From Candidatus Doudnabacteria bacterium RIFCSPHIGHO2_02_FULL_42_25 (lineage in GTDB: Bacteria > Patescibacteriota > Doudnabacteria > UBA920 > O2-02-FULL-48-8), in the NCBI GenBank assembly GCA_001777665.1, contig MFEQ01000006.1:128880-192879 (forward strand): 64,000 bases of DNA, in the 5' to 3' direction. The position numbers were made by a program, and so were the translations under genes. Numbering within the stretch: position 1 is the stretch's first letter; every line of letters starts with the position of its first letter. Below the pieces are notes generated by a model. The model searched no databases and had not been told where the DNA came from. It saw nothing but the letters and a program-made list of their open reading frames with translations. Positions 36,490 through 48,260 of this stretch are shown here, in pieces.

Positions 36490-37326
36490 TCAAAGCTTCT
36501 GTAAAATAGCTATATTCCTCGGGTCATCTTTTGGAGTATCTTTTGGCGTTTCTAAAATCCAATCCAGCTTACTCAAAGCCTTATGATTAACTAGAGCTTT
36601 AAACCCGTCTAACCCGATGTGACCATCACCAATATGCTGGTGCCGGTCGAGATGCTTACCTAATTCAGCCAAGGAATCATTGGCGTGAATCATCACTAAT
36701 TTCTCAAGACCAATTACTTTATCAAATTGTTTAAGGGTTGCATCAACGTCTTTTTTTGTCCGCAAATCATAACCAGAAGCAAACGCATGGCAAGTATCAA
36801 AACAAATCCCAATATTATATTTTTTGAGAAGTTTATGTTCTAAAATCGCCGCAATCTCTTCGAATGTATCGCCAACAATCCGTCCAGCGCCGGCGGAAAT
36901 TTCGAGGAGTAATTGAGTGGATCCCTCATATCTCTCCATGGTTTTTGAAATCGATTTGGCGACTATTTCTATCCCTTCTTTGTCAGTTAATTCTCCAAAG
37001 CTGCCCAAATGCGTCATGACCGCGCGACAACTAAGCAGCGAGCCACGGTCCAATTCCTGACGAACGACGCTTATGGATCCGTATCGAATATTATTTTTCG
37101 TAGAGGCAAAATTAATAAAGTATGGGGTGTGAATATAAAAAGTATCAAGCTTCTGTTTTTTCATTTCAGCTTGAAATTCTTTGACCACATCTGGTGTGAT
37201 TGGTTTGAAAGGACCTCCGTGAGGAGATCTGGAAAAAATTTGAAAAACTTCCGCCCCAACTTTCGCCGCATTTGCAGGTGCTTTCCAAATCCCTCCGGCT
37301 ATTGATACATGTGAACCAATTCGCAT
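36490..37326 (-). CDS. nfo: Endonuclease IV
   Basis: GSHVSIAGG, HTPYFIN, CFDTCHAFASGYD, HANDS, DRHQHIG, ILETP. Confidence 0.95.
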   Translation of the reverse strand: MRIGSHVSIAGGIWKAPANAAKVGAEVFQIFSRSPHGGPFKPITPDVVKEFQAEMKKQKLDTFYIHTPYFINFASTKNNIRYGSISVVRQELDRGSLLSCRAVMTHLGSFGELTDKEGIEIVAKSISKTMERYEGSTQLLLEISAGAGRIVGDTFEEIAAILEHKLLKKYNIGICFDTCHAFASGYDLRTKKDVDATLKQFDKVIGLEKLVMIHANDSLAELGKHLDRHQHIGDGHIGLDGFKALVNHKALSKLDWILETPKDTPKDDPRNIAILQKL

Positions 37327-38606
37327 TAGAGTTTTAATTTTTTTTCAAAAACTGTTTTGTCGGCAAATGGACCAACGATAGCCATATTTAGATTCTCGTT
37401 TGACATCAAATCTTTCGTCACGACTTCTACCTGTTCCACAGTAACCTTATCTAATTCTTCAAATGCTTGTTTGATCGTTCGGATGCGCCCTGTAAACGCT
37501 TCTTGACCCAAGTACCATTCCAGTTTTTCATGTGGGTCTTCCATAGCCAAAGCAATTTTACCTTTGATGTATTCTTGCGCTTTTTTCAGTTCTTTCGTGG
37601 TGATCCCAGAAGTTTGAACTTTTCGCAACTCATCCAAAATAATTTCTAATGCTGTAGGGGCCGAAGCGACTTTTAATCCTGACTGCACAAAAAAATCACC
37701 AGTGTCTAAATAATTATTAAATGATGTCGAAACATAATATGCTAACCCCATCCGTTCGCGGATCCGAATAAACAGCCGACTACTCATGCCGCCGCCTAAA
37801 ATGGTTGATAAAATTCGGAGCGGATAATTATGTTTGTGTCGGTACGGATATGCTCCAAAACCGACGATCATGTGCGCTTGTTCTGTAACTTTGTTTTGAA
37901 CAGAAAGTCTGGGCTTGGATTGTTTTTCGAATGCAGCTTTAAAGCCATTGGTTTTTTTATTCGGTTGGACTGACCAATGTTCCTCGATCAAATCTTCAAA
38001 TTGTTTTTGGTCAAAATTTCCGGAAATCGCAATGATAATGTTTGATGGTTGATAAAAGCGATTACGGTACTTCAAAATATCTTCGCGTGTAATCGATCGA
38101 ATGACATCAGCGGTGCCGGCGATATCCCGACCCAATGATTGCTCCGGCCATAACGTTTCCTCAAACAAAGATTCGACATGAATTTGGGGGTTATCTTTGT
38201 ACATGTTGATCTCTTCGATGATCACACCCTTTTCCCGTTGCATTTCTTTTTCGTCAAACAGAGGATTCTGCAACATATCTGTCAGCACCCCGAAAACTAG
38301 AGGCAGATGCTCATATGCCGACCGGATAAAATATTGGGTGTGCTCTTTTCCAGTATTGGCGTTAAATTCGCCGCCAATGCCATCTATGGTTTCGGATAAT
38401 TTTTTCGCTGTCGGATATTTTTTCGTGCCTTTGAAATGTAAATGTTCCAAAAAGTGGGAAATGCCGTTGATTGGTTTTTCTTCGTAACGACTTCCGGCTT
38501 TGACGAATATCGACATTGTGATTGAAGACGCATCTTCGATCGGGACCATGAGAACCGTTAACCCATTTTTTAGAATTTTTTTCTCGTAGACTGAATGTAT
38601 AGACAT
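37326..38606 (-). CDS. M16 family zinc peptidase
   Basis: HFLEH inverted motif, LGGGMSSRLF. Confidence 0.93.
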   Translation of the reverse strand: MSIHSVYEKKILKNGLTVLMVPIEDASSITMSIFVKAGSRYEEKPINGISHFLEHLHFKGTKKYPTAKKLSETIDGIGGEFNANTGKEHTQYFIRSAYEHLPLVFGVLTDMLQNPLFDEKEMQREKGVIIEEINMYKDNPQIHVESLFEETLWPEQSLGRDIAGTADVIRSITREDILKYRNRFYQPSNIIIAISGNFDQKQFEDLIEEHWSVQPNKKTNGFKAAFEKQSKPRLSVQNKVTEQAHMIVGFGAYPYRHKHNYPLRILSTILGGGMSSRLFIRIRERMGLAYYVSTSFNNYLDTGDFFVQSGLKVASAPTALEIILDELRKVQTSGITTKELKKAQEYIKGKIALAMEDPHEKLEWYLGQEAFTGRIRTIKQAFEELDKVTVEQVEVVTKDLMSNENLNMAIVGPFADKTVFEKKLKL

Positions 38607-38612
38607 GTTAAC

Positions 38613-39962
38613 TTAACAATCTTGCAACTTATTTTTGAAATAATCAAGCAATTCACTGACCTTTACTCGATCTTGCTCCATCGTGTCACGATCTCGAACT
38701 GTCACTGACTGATCTTTTTCAGTATCGAAGTCCACAGTAATACAGTATGGCGTGCCTATCTCGTCTTGTCGACGATATCTTTTGCCAATAGATCCAGTTT
38801 CGTCGTACTGGCACATCCAGTTCTTGTTCAAGCTGTGTAAAATTTCTTCAGCTTGGCGGGTCAACGGTTCTTTCTTAGATAAGGGCAAGATAGCAATTTT
38901 AATTGGCGCTAAAACTTTTGGTAATTTCAAAGTGACTTCCATCTCATGCACAGCATCTTCTTTCCCAGACCTGGCTTCGGATTCAGAGTAAGCATCAACT
39001 AAGACAGCTAGCATAATGCGATCCATCCCAAATGTTGGTTCGACGACATAAGGAATAAATTCTTCGTTAGACTTTTCGTCTTTGACTCGAAGATTGGCAC
39101 CCGAAAGTTCGATGTGATTTTTTAAATCATAATCGGTTCTGTTTGCAATCCCCGCAATTTCATCCCAGCCGAACGGAAACTGATAATAAGTATCAACGGT
39201 TCGTTTCGAATAATGAGCCAACTCATCCTTCGGTAATTCAACTTTTTTGATGTTCTCTGCTTTCAAACCGAGATCTTTAATAAAAAAATCTTGTTGATAA
39301 TTTAACCAATCCTCAAATGAGGCATCATCTTCACCCGGTTTCACAAAATATTCGAGCTCGGCAATTGTAAATTCTTTCATTCGAAAGGTTAAATTACCCG
39401 TAGTTATTTCATTGCGAAAAGAACGACCAATCTGGGCAATACCAAATGGTAGCTTGCGTCGCATGGTTTCCATGACCAACTTAAAATCAGTAAACATAGT
39501 TTGAGCAGTTTCGCCTCTTAGATAAACCGTGGATTTGTTATCTTCAGTGGTTCCAATAAAGGTTTTAAATAAGAGATTGAAATTTTTGGGTTCAGTCCAT
39601 TCGACTTTCTTGCCGTCATGGGTTCGTTCATGCTCTTCGATATCTTTCGCTTTATCCGCACGCATGCGGGTATGACAAATTTTACATTCCACTAAAGGAT
39701 CAGTGAAATTTTTGACATGGCCTGACGCTTCCCATACTTTGGCATTCATAATAATCGGACCGCGGATCCCGACCATATCGGGTCGTTCTTGAACTATTTT
39801 CTTCCACCAAAGGTTTCTGATGTTGTTGAACAGTTCAGCGCCCAAGGGTCCATAATCATAACTATTCGCCAAACCGCCGTAAATTTCTGAACCGGGAAAT
39901 ATAAAACCTCGCCTTTTACTAAGCGAGATTATCTTCTCCATCAAATCATGTTGTTGCTTCAT
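38613..39962 (-). CDS. glyQS: Glycine--tRNA ligase (alpha2 type)
   Basis: KRRGF..EIYGG, YDYGPLG, FRNEIT, IGKRYRRQDEIGTP. Confidence 0.96.
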   Translation of the reverse strand: MKQQHDLMEKIISLSKRRGFIFPGSEIYGGLANSYDYGPLGAELFNNIRNLWWKKIVQERPDMVGIRGPIIMNAKVWEASGHVKNFTDPLVECKICHTRMRADKAKDIEEHERTHDGKKVEWTEPKNFNLLFKTFIGTTEDNKSTVYLRGETAQTMFTDFKLVMETMRRKLPFGIAQIGRSFRNEITTGNLTFRMKEFTIAELEYFVKPGEDDASFEDWLNYQQDFFIKDLGLKAENIKKVELPKDELAHYSKRTVDTYYQFPFGWDEIAGIANRTDYDLKNHIELSGANLRVKDEKSNEEFIPYVVEPTFGMDRIMLAVLVDAYSESEARSGKEDAVHEMEVTLKLPKVLAPIKIAILPLSKKEPLTRQAEEILHSLNKNWMCQYDETGSIGKRYRRQDEIGTPYCITVDFDTEKDQSVTVRDRDTMEQDRVKVSELLDYFKNKLQDC

Positions 39963-40081
39963 GTTATTTTATGCGTCGCTGGATGGCATTGTCTGACAAT
40001 ACCTGGCTGCGCCGCCCTTTCTTTCATTCATACTAGCACAGATTTCAGCCAAAAAAAAGTCCCCTCAGCAGAAAAGGTTAC

Positions 40082-40471
40082 CTAGGGGACGGACAGTTTT
40101 CGTTCAAAGTCGAAAATGTCGTATTCGTTTGTCCTTACATAGAGATAAGAGCCCTTTTGTTCTTTACAACGCGTCGTCTTCTCGAAGTTGAGGCGATGAA
40201 AGATCAAAACAGGATTCTTGTGTTTGGTCTTGCCCACCAGCCAAATCGCGTAGTGGTTGGCTTCGTTGACGCGGACAGTGGTTTGCTTTTCCTTCTCGAG
40301 AAAAACTTGAAGCTCTTTCTGATCACGGAAGCAGCCGATGCGATTACTGACCCGGGGTCCTTGAGATTTTTTCTGGGTTCCAGAAACTGTCGCTCCCTGG
40401 AGTGACAGAAACACCGCGATGACAGCAAATAGAAGCACCAGCCACGACCTCCGTTTCGCTTTTTGTTTCAT
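40082..40471 (-). CDS. Hypothetical exported protein (GC-rich)
   Basis: GAGGAGG RBS, N-terminal hydrophobic segment. Confidence 0.55.
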   Translation of the reverse strand: MKQKAKRRSWLVLLFAVIAVFLSLQGATVSGTQKKSQGPRVSNRIGCFRDQKELQVFLEKEKQTTVRVNEANHYAIWLVGKTKHKNPVLIFHRLNFEKTTRCKEQKGSYLYVRTNEYDIFDFERKLSVP

Positions 40472-40568
40472 GACCCCACACCTCCTCATACCGATATGAT
40501 TCTAGAAACAAAAAACTCGCATGTCAAAAATTAACCACTTCGCATACGATCGTGGGGTAAGTGGTTAA

Positions 40569-42058
<1,490 letters not shown>

Positions 42059-42343
42059 ATATGTCCTTTCTCAATCAATTATAGCAATTACCCTTAACGT
42101 TTAATAGCATGGGGTACATAAAAGTACGATCGGACTAAATATGTCCAACTGCGATAATTTTCCCATTTCGGCACATATGTGAAAAATTGGGAAACAAAAA
42201 CACCCCGGGCTAAGCCGGGATGCTCTATAATTTTTATAGTGAGGATAGTTGTAAAATTAACTCGCGCAGGTCGACGGACCGAGCGCGTAGGCCAAAAATT
42301 CAGCAGAATTTTATGGCCGATAATTTTACAACCTGCCCGAGCG

Positions 42344-43105
42344 TCATTGAGCCCAAATGATATGGGTGATGACTGCGTTACCGTTGCCTAAATCTTTGAC
42401 GAACAGAGACGGCTTGCCATCCGATGAGGTTCGGATCGAACGACCCCAGTCCGAAGCTTCTTCGCCGAATTCTTGTCCTCTAGAATTAAGTATGGATGAA
42501 CCGATAGTTGTAGTGCTGTCCAGATGCGCATAAATTAATTCCAGCTCTTCATAATCATGGGCATTTGGATGTTGGTTTGTCGAAGGGTTGCTAGTGTAGT
42601 CCATGCAAGTATTCATATTTGGGTTATCAAAATTCTCATCTTGGTGATCCAACCCAAATGTATGACCGACTTCCTGGCAGACCACAAATTGTTTCCAGGC
42701 AGGAGTGTTGTATCGAGAAGTGTTGAAATAAGTATCATTCATTTTCACGGTGCCGGCAGTAATATGAGATCCAGAAATCCAAATTGAAGCAATGCCGAGC
42801 CAGCCGTTGTTGCCGTATCGGCTGTTACAAACTTGCACCTGACCAGACACAGCCTTACAGTTTTTTGGATTGGCACTGCCCGGAACCACTGTGGTGTCCA
42901 AAACTGTAGACTGACTCCAATCGGCTGAAGCTACATTCAAATAGCTGTCCCAGCTAGTGCTAAGATTATCGCCTAGTTTAAGCGTAAAAGGATTGGAAGT
43001 TCTGGCCCAATGGTAGCCACCCCAAGCATGGTTAGCAGAAGCCAAGTTAATGTTAAAAGCTAATGCAAAAAGGCCAAACAGAGACAAAATACGAAATAGT
43101 TTCAT
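42344..43105 (-). CDS. Secreted metzincin-like protein (QExxHxxGxxH variant)
   Basis: Signal peptide; CQEVGHTFGLDH; TCMDY Met-turn. Confidence 0.75.
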   Translation of the reverse strand: MKLFRILSLFGLFALAFNINLASANHAWGGYHWARTSNPFTLKLGDNLSTSWDSYLNVASADWSQSTVLDTTVVPGSANPKNCKAVSGQVQVCNSRYGNNGWLGIASIWISGSHITAGTVKMNDTYFNTSRYNTPAWKQFVVCQEVGHTFGLDHQDENFDNPNMNTCMDYTSNPSTNQHPNAHDYEELELIYAHLDSTTTIGSSILNSRGQEFGEEASDWGRSIRTSSDGKPSLFVKDLGNGNAVITHIIWAQ

Positions 43106-43174
43106 GTTTTTTCTTTAAGATTAATTGCTTCTTTTATTATATTGCTATAGCAATTTACTGGCAAGCAATAATTA

Positions 43175-43218
43175 AATTGCTACCTATTTTATACAAATGT
43201 AAAAAATAGAGTAAAATT
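43175..43218. repeat. 44-bp palindromic direct repeat, copy 1
   Basis: aattgctacctattttatacaaatgtaaaaaatagagtaaaatt. Confidence 0.9.
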
Positions 43219-43229
43219 ATTCTAAATCA

Positions 43230-43985
43230 TCAAGTTTGTCCATAAATTTTTAATGCTTTTTGATGAAGCGTCTCTAATCGATCCATAAGCTCTCGTTTAA
43301 TCTGAAGCCCGGTTGATATATATTCACCAAAGTTAAAAATAATTTTATTTTCATTCTCTAACTTTGATAAGGATTCTAAACATCGATTCAAAAAAGTTAA
43401 AGATAGTGTATAGCCGACCCATGAAATATTCCAAGCCAAATCATTAAAATTTTCAATTACATCTTCAAAATCATAATCGTTCGAGGCATAAACAATTTTG
43501 GACGCTACATAATTGCAATTTTTTAAGATTCTAAATAAATGAATAAACTTGTGCCTCTCATACAAATCACAGCTCCTTTTTAGCATGTCAATGCTCCAAA
43601 CTTTAGCGATTTTGTATAACTTATCATCTTTCCATTTCTCGCGTCGTTCTTGAAACCGCATTTCTGATTCTAATGAAAAATTATGGTCTGAAAATAACTC
43701 ATCCTCAATTAAAGCCATTTCTCGCCGAAATTTAAGATACTCAAAGTCCTCAATCATTTTTTTCCTAACAATTTCTTCTAACTCTTTAGACCGTTGCTGC
43801 TCTCTCTGATTCCAATATTCCTCATCCAAGGTTCCTTTAAAATACTCTTCAAAATTATCATGCCACATGGCACGAAAACCGAGGTTATATTTAAATAACT
43901 CCTGCTCCAGTTCTTTTACAACTTCCAGTTCCTCTTGCGAATAATTGTTTCCAGCGTTCCACATATAATAAATAAAACGGCTCAA
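43230..43985 (-). CDS. Hypothetical helical protein between repeats 1 and 2
   Basis: 251-aa ORF, no recognised motif; start uncertain. Confidence 0.65.
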   Translation of the reverse strand: MSRFIYYMWNAGNNYSQEELEVVKELEQELFKYNLGFRAMWHDNFEEYFKGTLDEEYWNQREQQRSKELEEIVRKKMIEDFEYLKFRREMALIEDELFSDHNFSLESEMRFQERREKWKDDKLYKIAKVWSIDMLKRSCDLYERHKFIHLFRILKNCNYVASKIVYASNDYDFEDVIENFNDLAWNISWVGYTLSLTFLNRCLESLSKLENENKIIFNFGEYISTGLQIKRELMDRLETLHQKALKIYGQT

Positions 43986-44036
43986 TCCGCCGCTTTTATT
44001 AATATAAACCCAAAGCTCGGGTTTGTCAATTTGAAG

Positions 44037-44080
44037 AATTGCTACCTATTTTATACAAATGTAAAAAATGAGTAGCAATT
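44037..44080. repeat. 44-bp palindromic direct repeat, copy 2
   Basis: aattgctacctattttatacaaatgtaaaaaatgagtagcaatt (first 33 nt identical to copy 1). Confidence 0.9.
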
Positions 44081-44083
44081 TTC

Positions 44084-44749
44084 TTAAATTAAATTTTTCT
44101 TCTTGAAAAAATTCTTCAAAACCTTTTCGTCTTCAATATCCATGCGATTTATCTCCATCAAAGTCACATATCGCGATATGTAATAATAACTGGCCACATA
44201 TTCTACTACCTTACGGGGATCATAAGGATAAAACCACAAAGTTCTCTGTAATGGGTAGAAACCTAACTCCTTCAATTTTCTTCGTAATAAATCAGCACTT
44301 TGTCTATACTGCTTGGTGGGAATATCAGCTGCTACTTGCCACCATTTACCATCCCAAAATTTTTGTTTTTCGATTTCTGCCGTCGCGATATTAATTTTTT
44401 GTGCTCGCTTTTTTCCTTCATCAGTTATAAATGCAAAAATTTCCTTGTTTGTTTTTTTAAATTTAACTAGTCCAGATTTTTTCAAATAGAAAAATGATCT
44501 GGTAATTTGATCGGCTTTTTCTTTTTTCGTCCACTTTTTTCCAGGATATTTATTCTTATTTAATCGACCAACCGCTGAGAATAAATTTGGAGCAACAACC
44601 GCGACTGCGACAATCCCAGTAATCGCGACTGACGCAAGGACAATATTCCTAATTGTTTTCATCTTCTCAATTTGAGCAGGAGTGAAAACTGACTGCTTAT
44701 CTTCGGGAATAGCTTGCGAAATGGCTTTATTTATTTTGAAATATGTCAT
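44084..44749 (-). CDS. PaaX-like protein: winged helix plus Cas2-like ferredoxin-fold domain
   Basis: LKKSGLV...ITDEG wHTH end; WDGKWWQVAADIP...LRRKLKELGFYPLQRTLW. Confidence 0.8.
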   Translation of the reverse strand: MTYFKINKAISQAIPEDKQSVFTPAQIEKMKTIRNIVLASVAITGIVAVAVVAPNLFSAVGRLNKNKYPGKKWTKKEKADQITRSFFYLKKSGLVKFKKTNKEIFAFITDEGKKRAQKINIATAEIEKQKFWDGKWWQVAADIPTKQYRQSADLLRRKLKELGFYPLQRTLWFYPYDPRKVVEYVASYYYISRYVTLMEINRMDIEDEKVLKNFFKKKNLI

Positions 44750-44752
44750 ATA

Positions 44753-44796
44753 AATTGCTACCTATTTTATACATTTGGATAAAATAGGGTAGAATT
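44753..44796. repeat. 44-bp palindromic direct repeat, copy 3
   Basis: aattgctacctattttatacatttggataaaatagggtagaatt, 3 nt upstream of the start codon. Confidence 0.88.
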
Positions 44797-44861
44797 TTTA
44801 AAGTATATTATTGCTTAAGGATTATTGTCAAGATTTTTATTGTCAAATGGCTGACAAATAA

Positions 44862-45455
44862 TCAGCGTGTAGAAATTGGCTTGGGGATTTTTTGGCGGCG
44901 GATCAGACAAATTACGGCGACCGTCAGATTGCTTACTATAACCATTAGCACGTAGGGTAAAGTTAAAGCATTGTAAGCTTGTAACGAAAGAAGCGCAAAA
45001 CACATCGCGATGAAAAATCCAATCCATGATTTTACGGTTTCGCTCCATGGTTCTTGCCAGGATTTTCTATACGTGGGGAAGTAACCGACAAAATCGATAA
45101 CGGTAACCATGATCACTGCAATCAGTGGCTGATCAAGTTGCCACCAGACGACTATCGCTGCTAGTGCTCCAATTAAAATAATTGTATCGCTTTTGGTAAT
45201 ATTTTTCGTGCCGTACTTGAGAGCAAGTAAAAAAACTAGAGTGTTTACAGTCGCGGCCATAAACATTCCGCCAGCTCCCCAACCACCTCCGCCAGCAAGA
45301 GATGCGAATGCCGCAGTGTACTGGGTGATTGCCCAAATCAGCCATGTATAAAGATGGGGCTGGGTTCGCTTTTTAAAAATATCTACAAAATAGGGAATAC
45401 TAAACCCCAATCCGAAGATTGAGGCTAGTATAAAGAAAAATAATTTGATGTCCAT
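44862..45455 (-). CDS. Multi-pass membrane protein (PQ-loop-like)
   Basis: ~7 TM; PY..DI.K..T.P..TW.IW and PT.RKSW..P.SE repeats. Confidence 0.7.
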   Translation of the reverse strand: MDIKLFFFILASIFGLGFSIPYFVDIFKKRTQPHLYTWLIWAITQYTAAFASLAGGGGWGAGGMFMAATVNTLVFLLALKYGTKNITKSDTIILIGALAAIVVWWQLDQPLIAVIMVTVIDFVGYFPTYRKSWQEPWSETVKSWIGFFIAMCFALLSLQAYNALTLPYVLMVIVSNLTVAVICLIRRQKIPKPISTR

Positions 45456-45465
45456 TTAAGAACTT

Positions 45466-47679
45466 TTAGTGCCTGGCGAGGTGTCTACCGCCACCGTTAT
45501 GTCTCGGACCCCCATGACCATTATCTCTTGGAGGTCTTGGGCGATCGTCAAATGTTCCGCCTTCTGGTTTCGACAATAAAATTTTCCGTGAAAGATTAAC
45601 TCTGCCCATGTGATCAATTTCGATAACTTTAACTTCAATTTCATCCCCGACATTGACCACATCTTCCACTCGGCCTACTCGATGCCATTCCAATTCTGAA
45701 ATATGCACCAAACCTTCATGACCCGGCACGAGTTCGACGAAAGCGCCGAAATCCATGATCCTGGAAACCTTGCCTTTAAAAACTTCACCAACTTTAATTT
45801 CCCGAGTGAGATCCTCAATCCATTTCAGAGCTTTTTTCATTCCTTCTGCGTCATTAGATGCAACCATAACTAATCCAGAATCTTCAATATCAATCTTCAC
45901 TCCAGTTTCAGCAATGATTTTGTTGATGATTTTGCCGCCAGTACCGATGACATCGCGAATTTTATCTGGATTAATCTGCATAGTCACGATTCGTGGAGCC
46001 AGTGGTGACATTTCTGTCCTTGGTTCAGCGATAGCGCTCTTCATCACAGATATAATATGCATCCGGCCTTCTTTGGCCTGGATTAAGGCTTTCTCCATGA
46101 TCTCCACGGTTAAGCCTTTGGCTTTGATGTCCATTTGCAGTGCGGTAATTCCTTTTTCTGATCCAGTGACTTTAAAATCCATATCACCGTTGGCATCTTC
46201 GATACCCTGGATATCAGTCAGGACTTTAAAGTTGCCTGATTCTTTATCCAAAACCAAACCCATGGCTACACCGCCAATAATTGCTTCGATCGGGACTCCA
46301 GCATCCATCAGCGCCAAGGTCGACCCACATGTCGAGGCCATAGAGGTCGAGCCATTGGATGACAAAACTTCGGATACTAATCGCAAGGTGTAGGGGAACT
46401 TTTCTTTTTCCGGTATCACGACTTCGACGGCTCGTTCAGCTAAAGCACCATGTCCGACTTCACGTCGGCCAGGGCCACGGATGGGAGCAACTTCTCCCAC
46501 AGAAAAACCTGGGAAATTGTAATGATGAATATAACGTTTGGTCGTACCCTCTGCATTGAAATCTTCCATCCCGTCTAGAATCTGGGCATCGCCTGCTGAA
46601 CCGAGGGTCACAGTAGTCAGGACTTGAGTCTCGCCACGATTAAACAGGGCAGAGCCATGAGTTCGAGGAAGGACTCCGACTTGAGCCGAGACTTCCCGAG
46701 TTTTATTTAAGGGGCGCATATCGACCCGTTTTTCATGATCGAGAATATTTTTACGGATAATTTTTTTCAATAACTTTTCGAAGGCTAACAAAATATGTTT
46801 CGCCGCATCAAGTTCAGTATTCCCGGCAAATGCTTCGGCTACTTCTTTTTCAATTTGTTCTCGGACAGTGTCCAGGTTTGTTTCGCGTTGTTCTTTGGGA
46901 AAGGTGCCATAAAGTGCGGTTTCGATTTTTTCAGTGTAGCCTTCTACTTTTTTCATAACCCCTGCATCGACAGCTAGCAAAACAACTTCGGCTTTCGCTT
47001 CACCCACTTGTTTCTGCAAATTGTTTTGTAAATCAATCAGAGCCTTAAGATGTGGCATAGCGAACTTCAAAGCCTCGGTCATATCTTCTTCCGTCACTTG
47101 TCCGGCGCCAGCTTCCACCATCATGATGTGCTCTCCAGTTCCAGAGACTACCAAATCCAAATCCCCATTCTTACGTTCGTCGTAAGACGGGTTGATTACA
47201 AACTCATTATTTACTCGTCCAACACGGACTGCAGCTATCGGCCCTTCAAACGGGATGTTTGAAATAGATAAAGCAGTAGAAGCTGCGTTGATAGCTAGAA
47301 TATCTGGGTCATTAATTTCATCTACTGACAATATCGTTGCGACGACTTGCACTTCATTCCGCATGCCATCTGGAAAGAGGGGACGGATAGAACGGTCGAT
47401 GAGGCGGCCTGACAAAATCGCTTCGTCAGTCGCGCGCCCTTCTCTTTTTATAAATCTCGAGCCTTTAATTTTACCAGCAGCGTACAATCTTTCCTCGTAA
47501 TCAACCATCAGCGGGAAATAATCCATTCCGTCCTTAATTTTTCCCATGACTGCTGTAGCCAGTACGACAGTATCGCCCAATTTTGCGAGCACCGAACCAT
47601 TGGCTTGTTTCGCCAAAACACCAGTCTCCAGAGAAAGTTTCTTCCCTGAGATATCACTTTCTACTTTTCCTATACCCAT
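45466..47679 (-). CDS. pnp: Polyribonucleotide nucleotidyltransferase
   Basis: AKQANGSV, RLIDRSIRPLF, HGSALFNRGETQ, SNGSTSMAS, KH and S1 domains; start ATG 47679. Confidence 0.98.
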   Translation of the reverse strand: MGIGKVESDISGKKLSLETGVLAKQANGSVLAKLGDTVVLATAVMGKIKDGMDYFPLMVDYEERLYAAGKIKGSRFIKREGRATDEAILSGRLIDRSIRPLFPDGMRNEVQVVATILSVDEINDPDILAINAASTALSISNIPFEGPIAAVRVGRVNNEFVINPSYDERKNGDLDLVVSGTGEHIMMVEAGAGQVTEEDMTEALKFAMPHLKALIDLQNNLQKQVGEAKAEVVLLAVDAGVMKKVEGYTEKIETALYGTFPKEQRETNLDTVREQIEKEVAEAFAGNTELDAAKHILLAFEKLLKKIIRKNILDHEKRVDMRPLNKTREVSAQVGVLPRTHGSALFNRGETQVLTTVTLGSAGDAQILDGMEDFNAEGTTKRYIHHYNFPGFSVGEVAPIRGPGRREVGHGALAERAVEVVIPEKEKFPYTLRLVSEVLSSNGSTSMASTCGSTLALMDAGVPIEAIIGGVAMGLVLDKESGNFKVLTDIQGIEDANGDMDFKVTGSEKGITALQMDIKAKGLTVEIMEKALIQAKEGRMHIISVMKSAIAEPRTEMSPLAPRIVTMQINPDKIRDVIGTGGKIINKIIAETGVKIDIEDSGLVMVASNDAEGMKKALKWIEDLTREIKVGEVFKGKVSRIMDFGAFVELVPGHEGLVHISELEWHRVGRVEDVVNVGDEIEVKVIEIDHMGRVNLSRKILLSKPEGGTFDDRPRPPRDNGHGGPRHNGGGRHLARH

Positions 47680-47900
47680 GTATACCCTTTTTGTTTCCGC
47701 ATTTGTGCAAAGCACAGAAGTTGTAACAGTTGGTCAATATTTGGCCAACTAATACAGCCTCTTTGCTATCAGCACTCTACGGAATTAATTATTATTACTT
47801 CTACGAAAGTACGAATTCTCGAATTACGAACTGTTCGCCCGCCTGCCATGACGGCATGTCGGGCAGGTAGTTTCGCAATTTCGTATTTCGTAGAAGACAA

Positions 47901-48167
47901 CTACTTGTTTAACTTGAGCTTGTCCGTCAGCTTATCCCAGCGCTTTTCATCTTCGACTTTCAAATAGCGAAGCAGTCTACGACGATTGCCGACCATTTTC
48001 AGAAGACCTCGACGAGAGTGGTTGTCTTTTTTGTGCTCATTGAGATGCTCGGAAACTTTTTCAATTTCTCGAGTCAAAATCGCAACCTGTACTTCTGGAC
48101 TCCCAGTGTCGTCTTTGTGAACCTGGAATTTCTTAATAATTTGCTCTTTCTCTTTAGGAGTTAACAT
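47901..48167 (-). CDS. rpsO: 30S ribosomal protein S15
   Basis: [29 protein letters not shown]. Confidence 0.98.
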   Translation of the reverse strand: MLTPKEKEQIIKKFQVHKDDTGSPEVQVAILTREIEKVSEHLNEHKKDNHSRRGLLKMVGNRRRLLRYLKVEDEKRWDKLTDKLKLNK

Positions 48168-48179
48168 CTAGTTCCTTTC

Positions 48180-48212
48180 TGCACGAGTCAGCCAGAGATT
48201 AGCTAACCGTGG
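48180..48212 (-). promoter_or_regulatory. Hairpin in rpsO leader (possible S15 autoregulatory element)
   Basis: cacggttagcta-atctc-tggctgactcgtg stem just upstream of the start. Confidence 0.4.
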
Positions 48213-48260
48213 ATTAATTCTCATTGATTCTAACATAATCAGTTTGTTTTGACAAGATAG

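Noticed and set aside
43175-44796. CRISPR array next to a Cas2-like gene
   Set aside because: Only three repeats with gene-sized spacers (about 670-820 bp) and no cas1 or effector genes.
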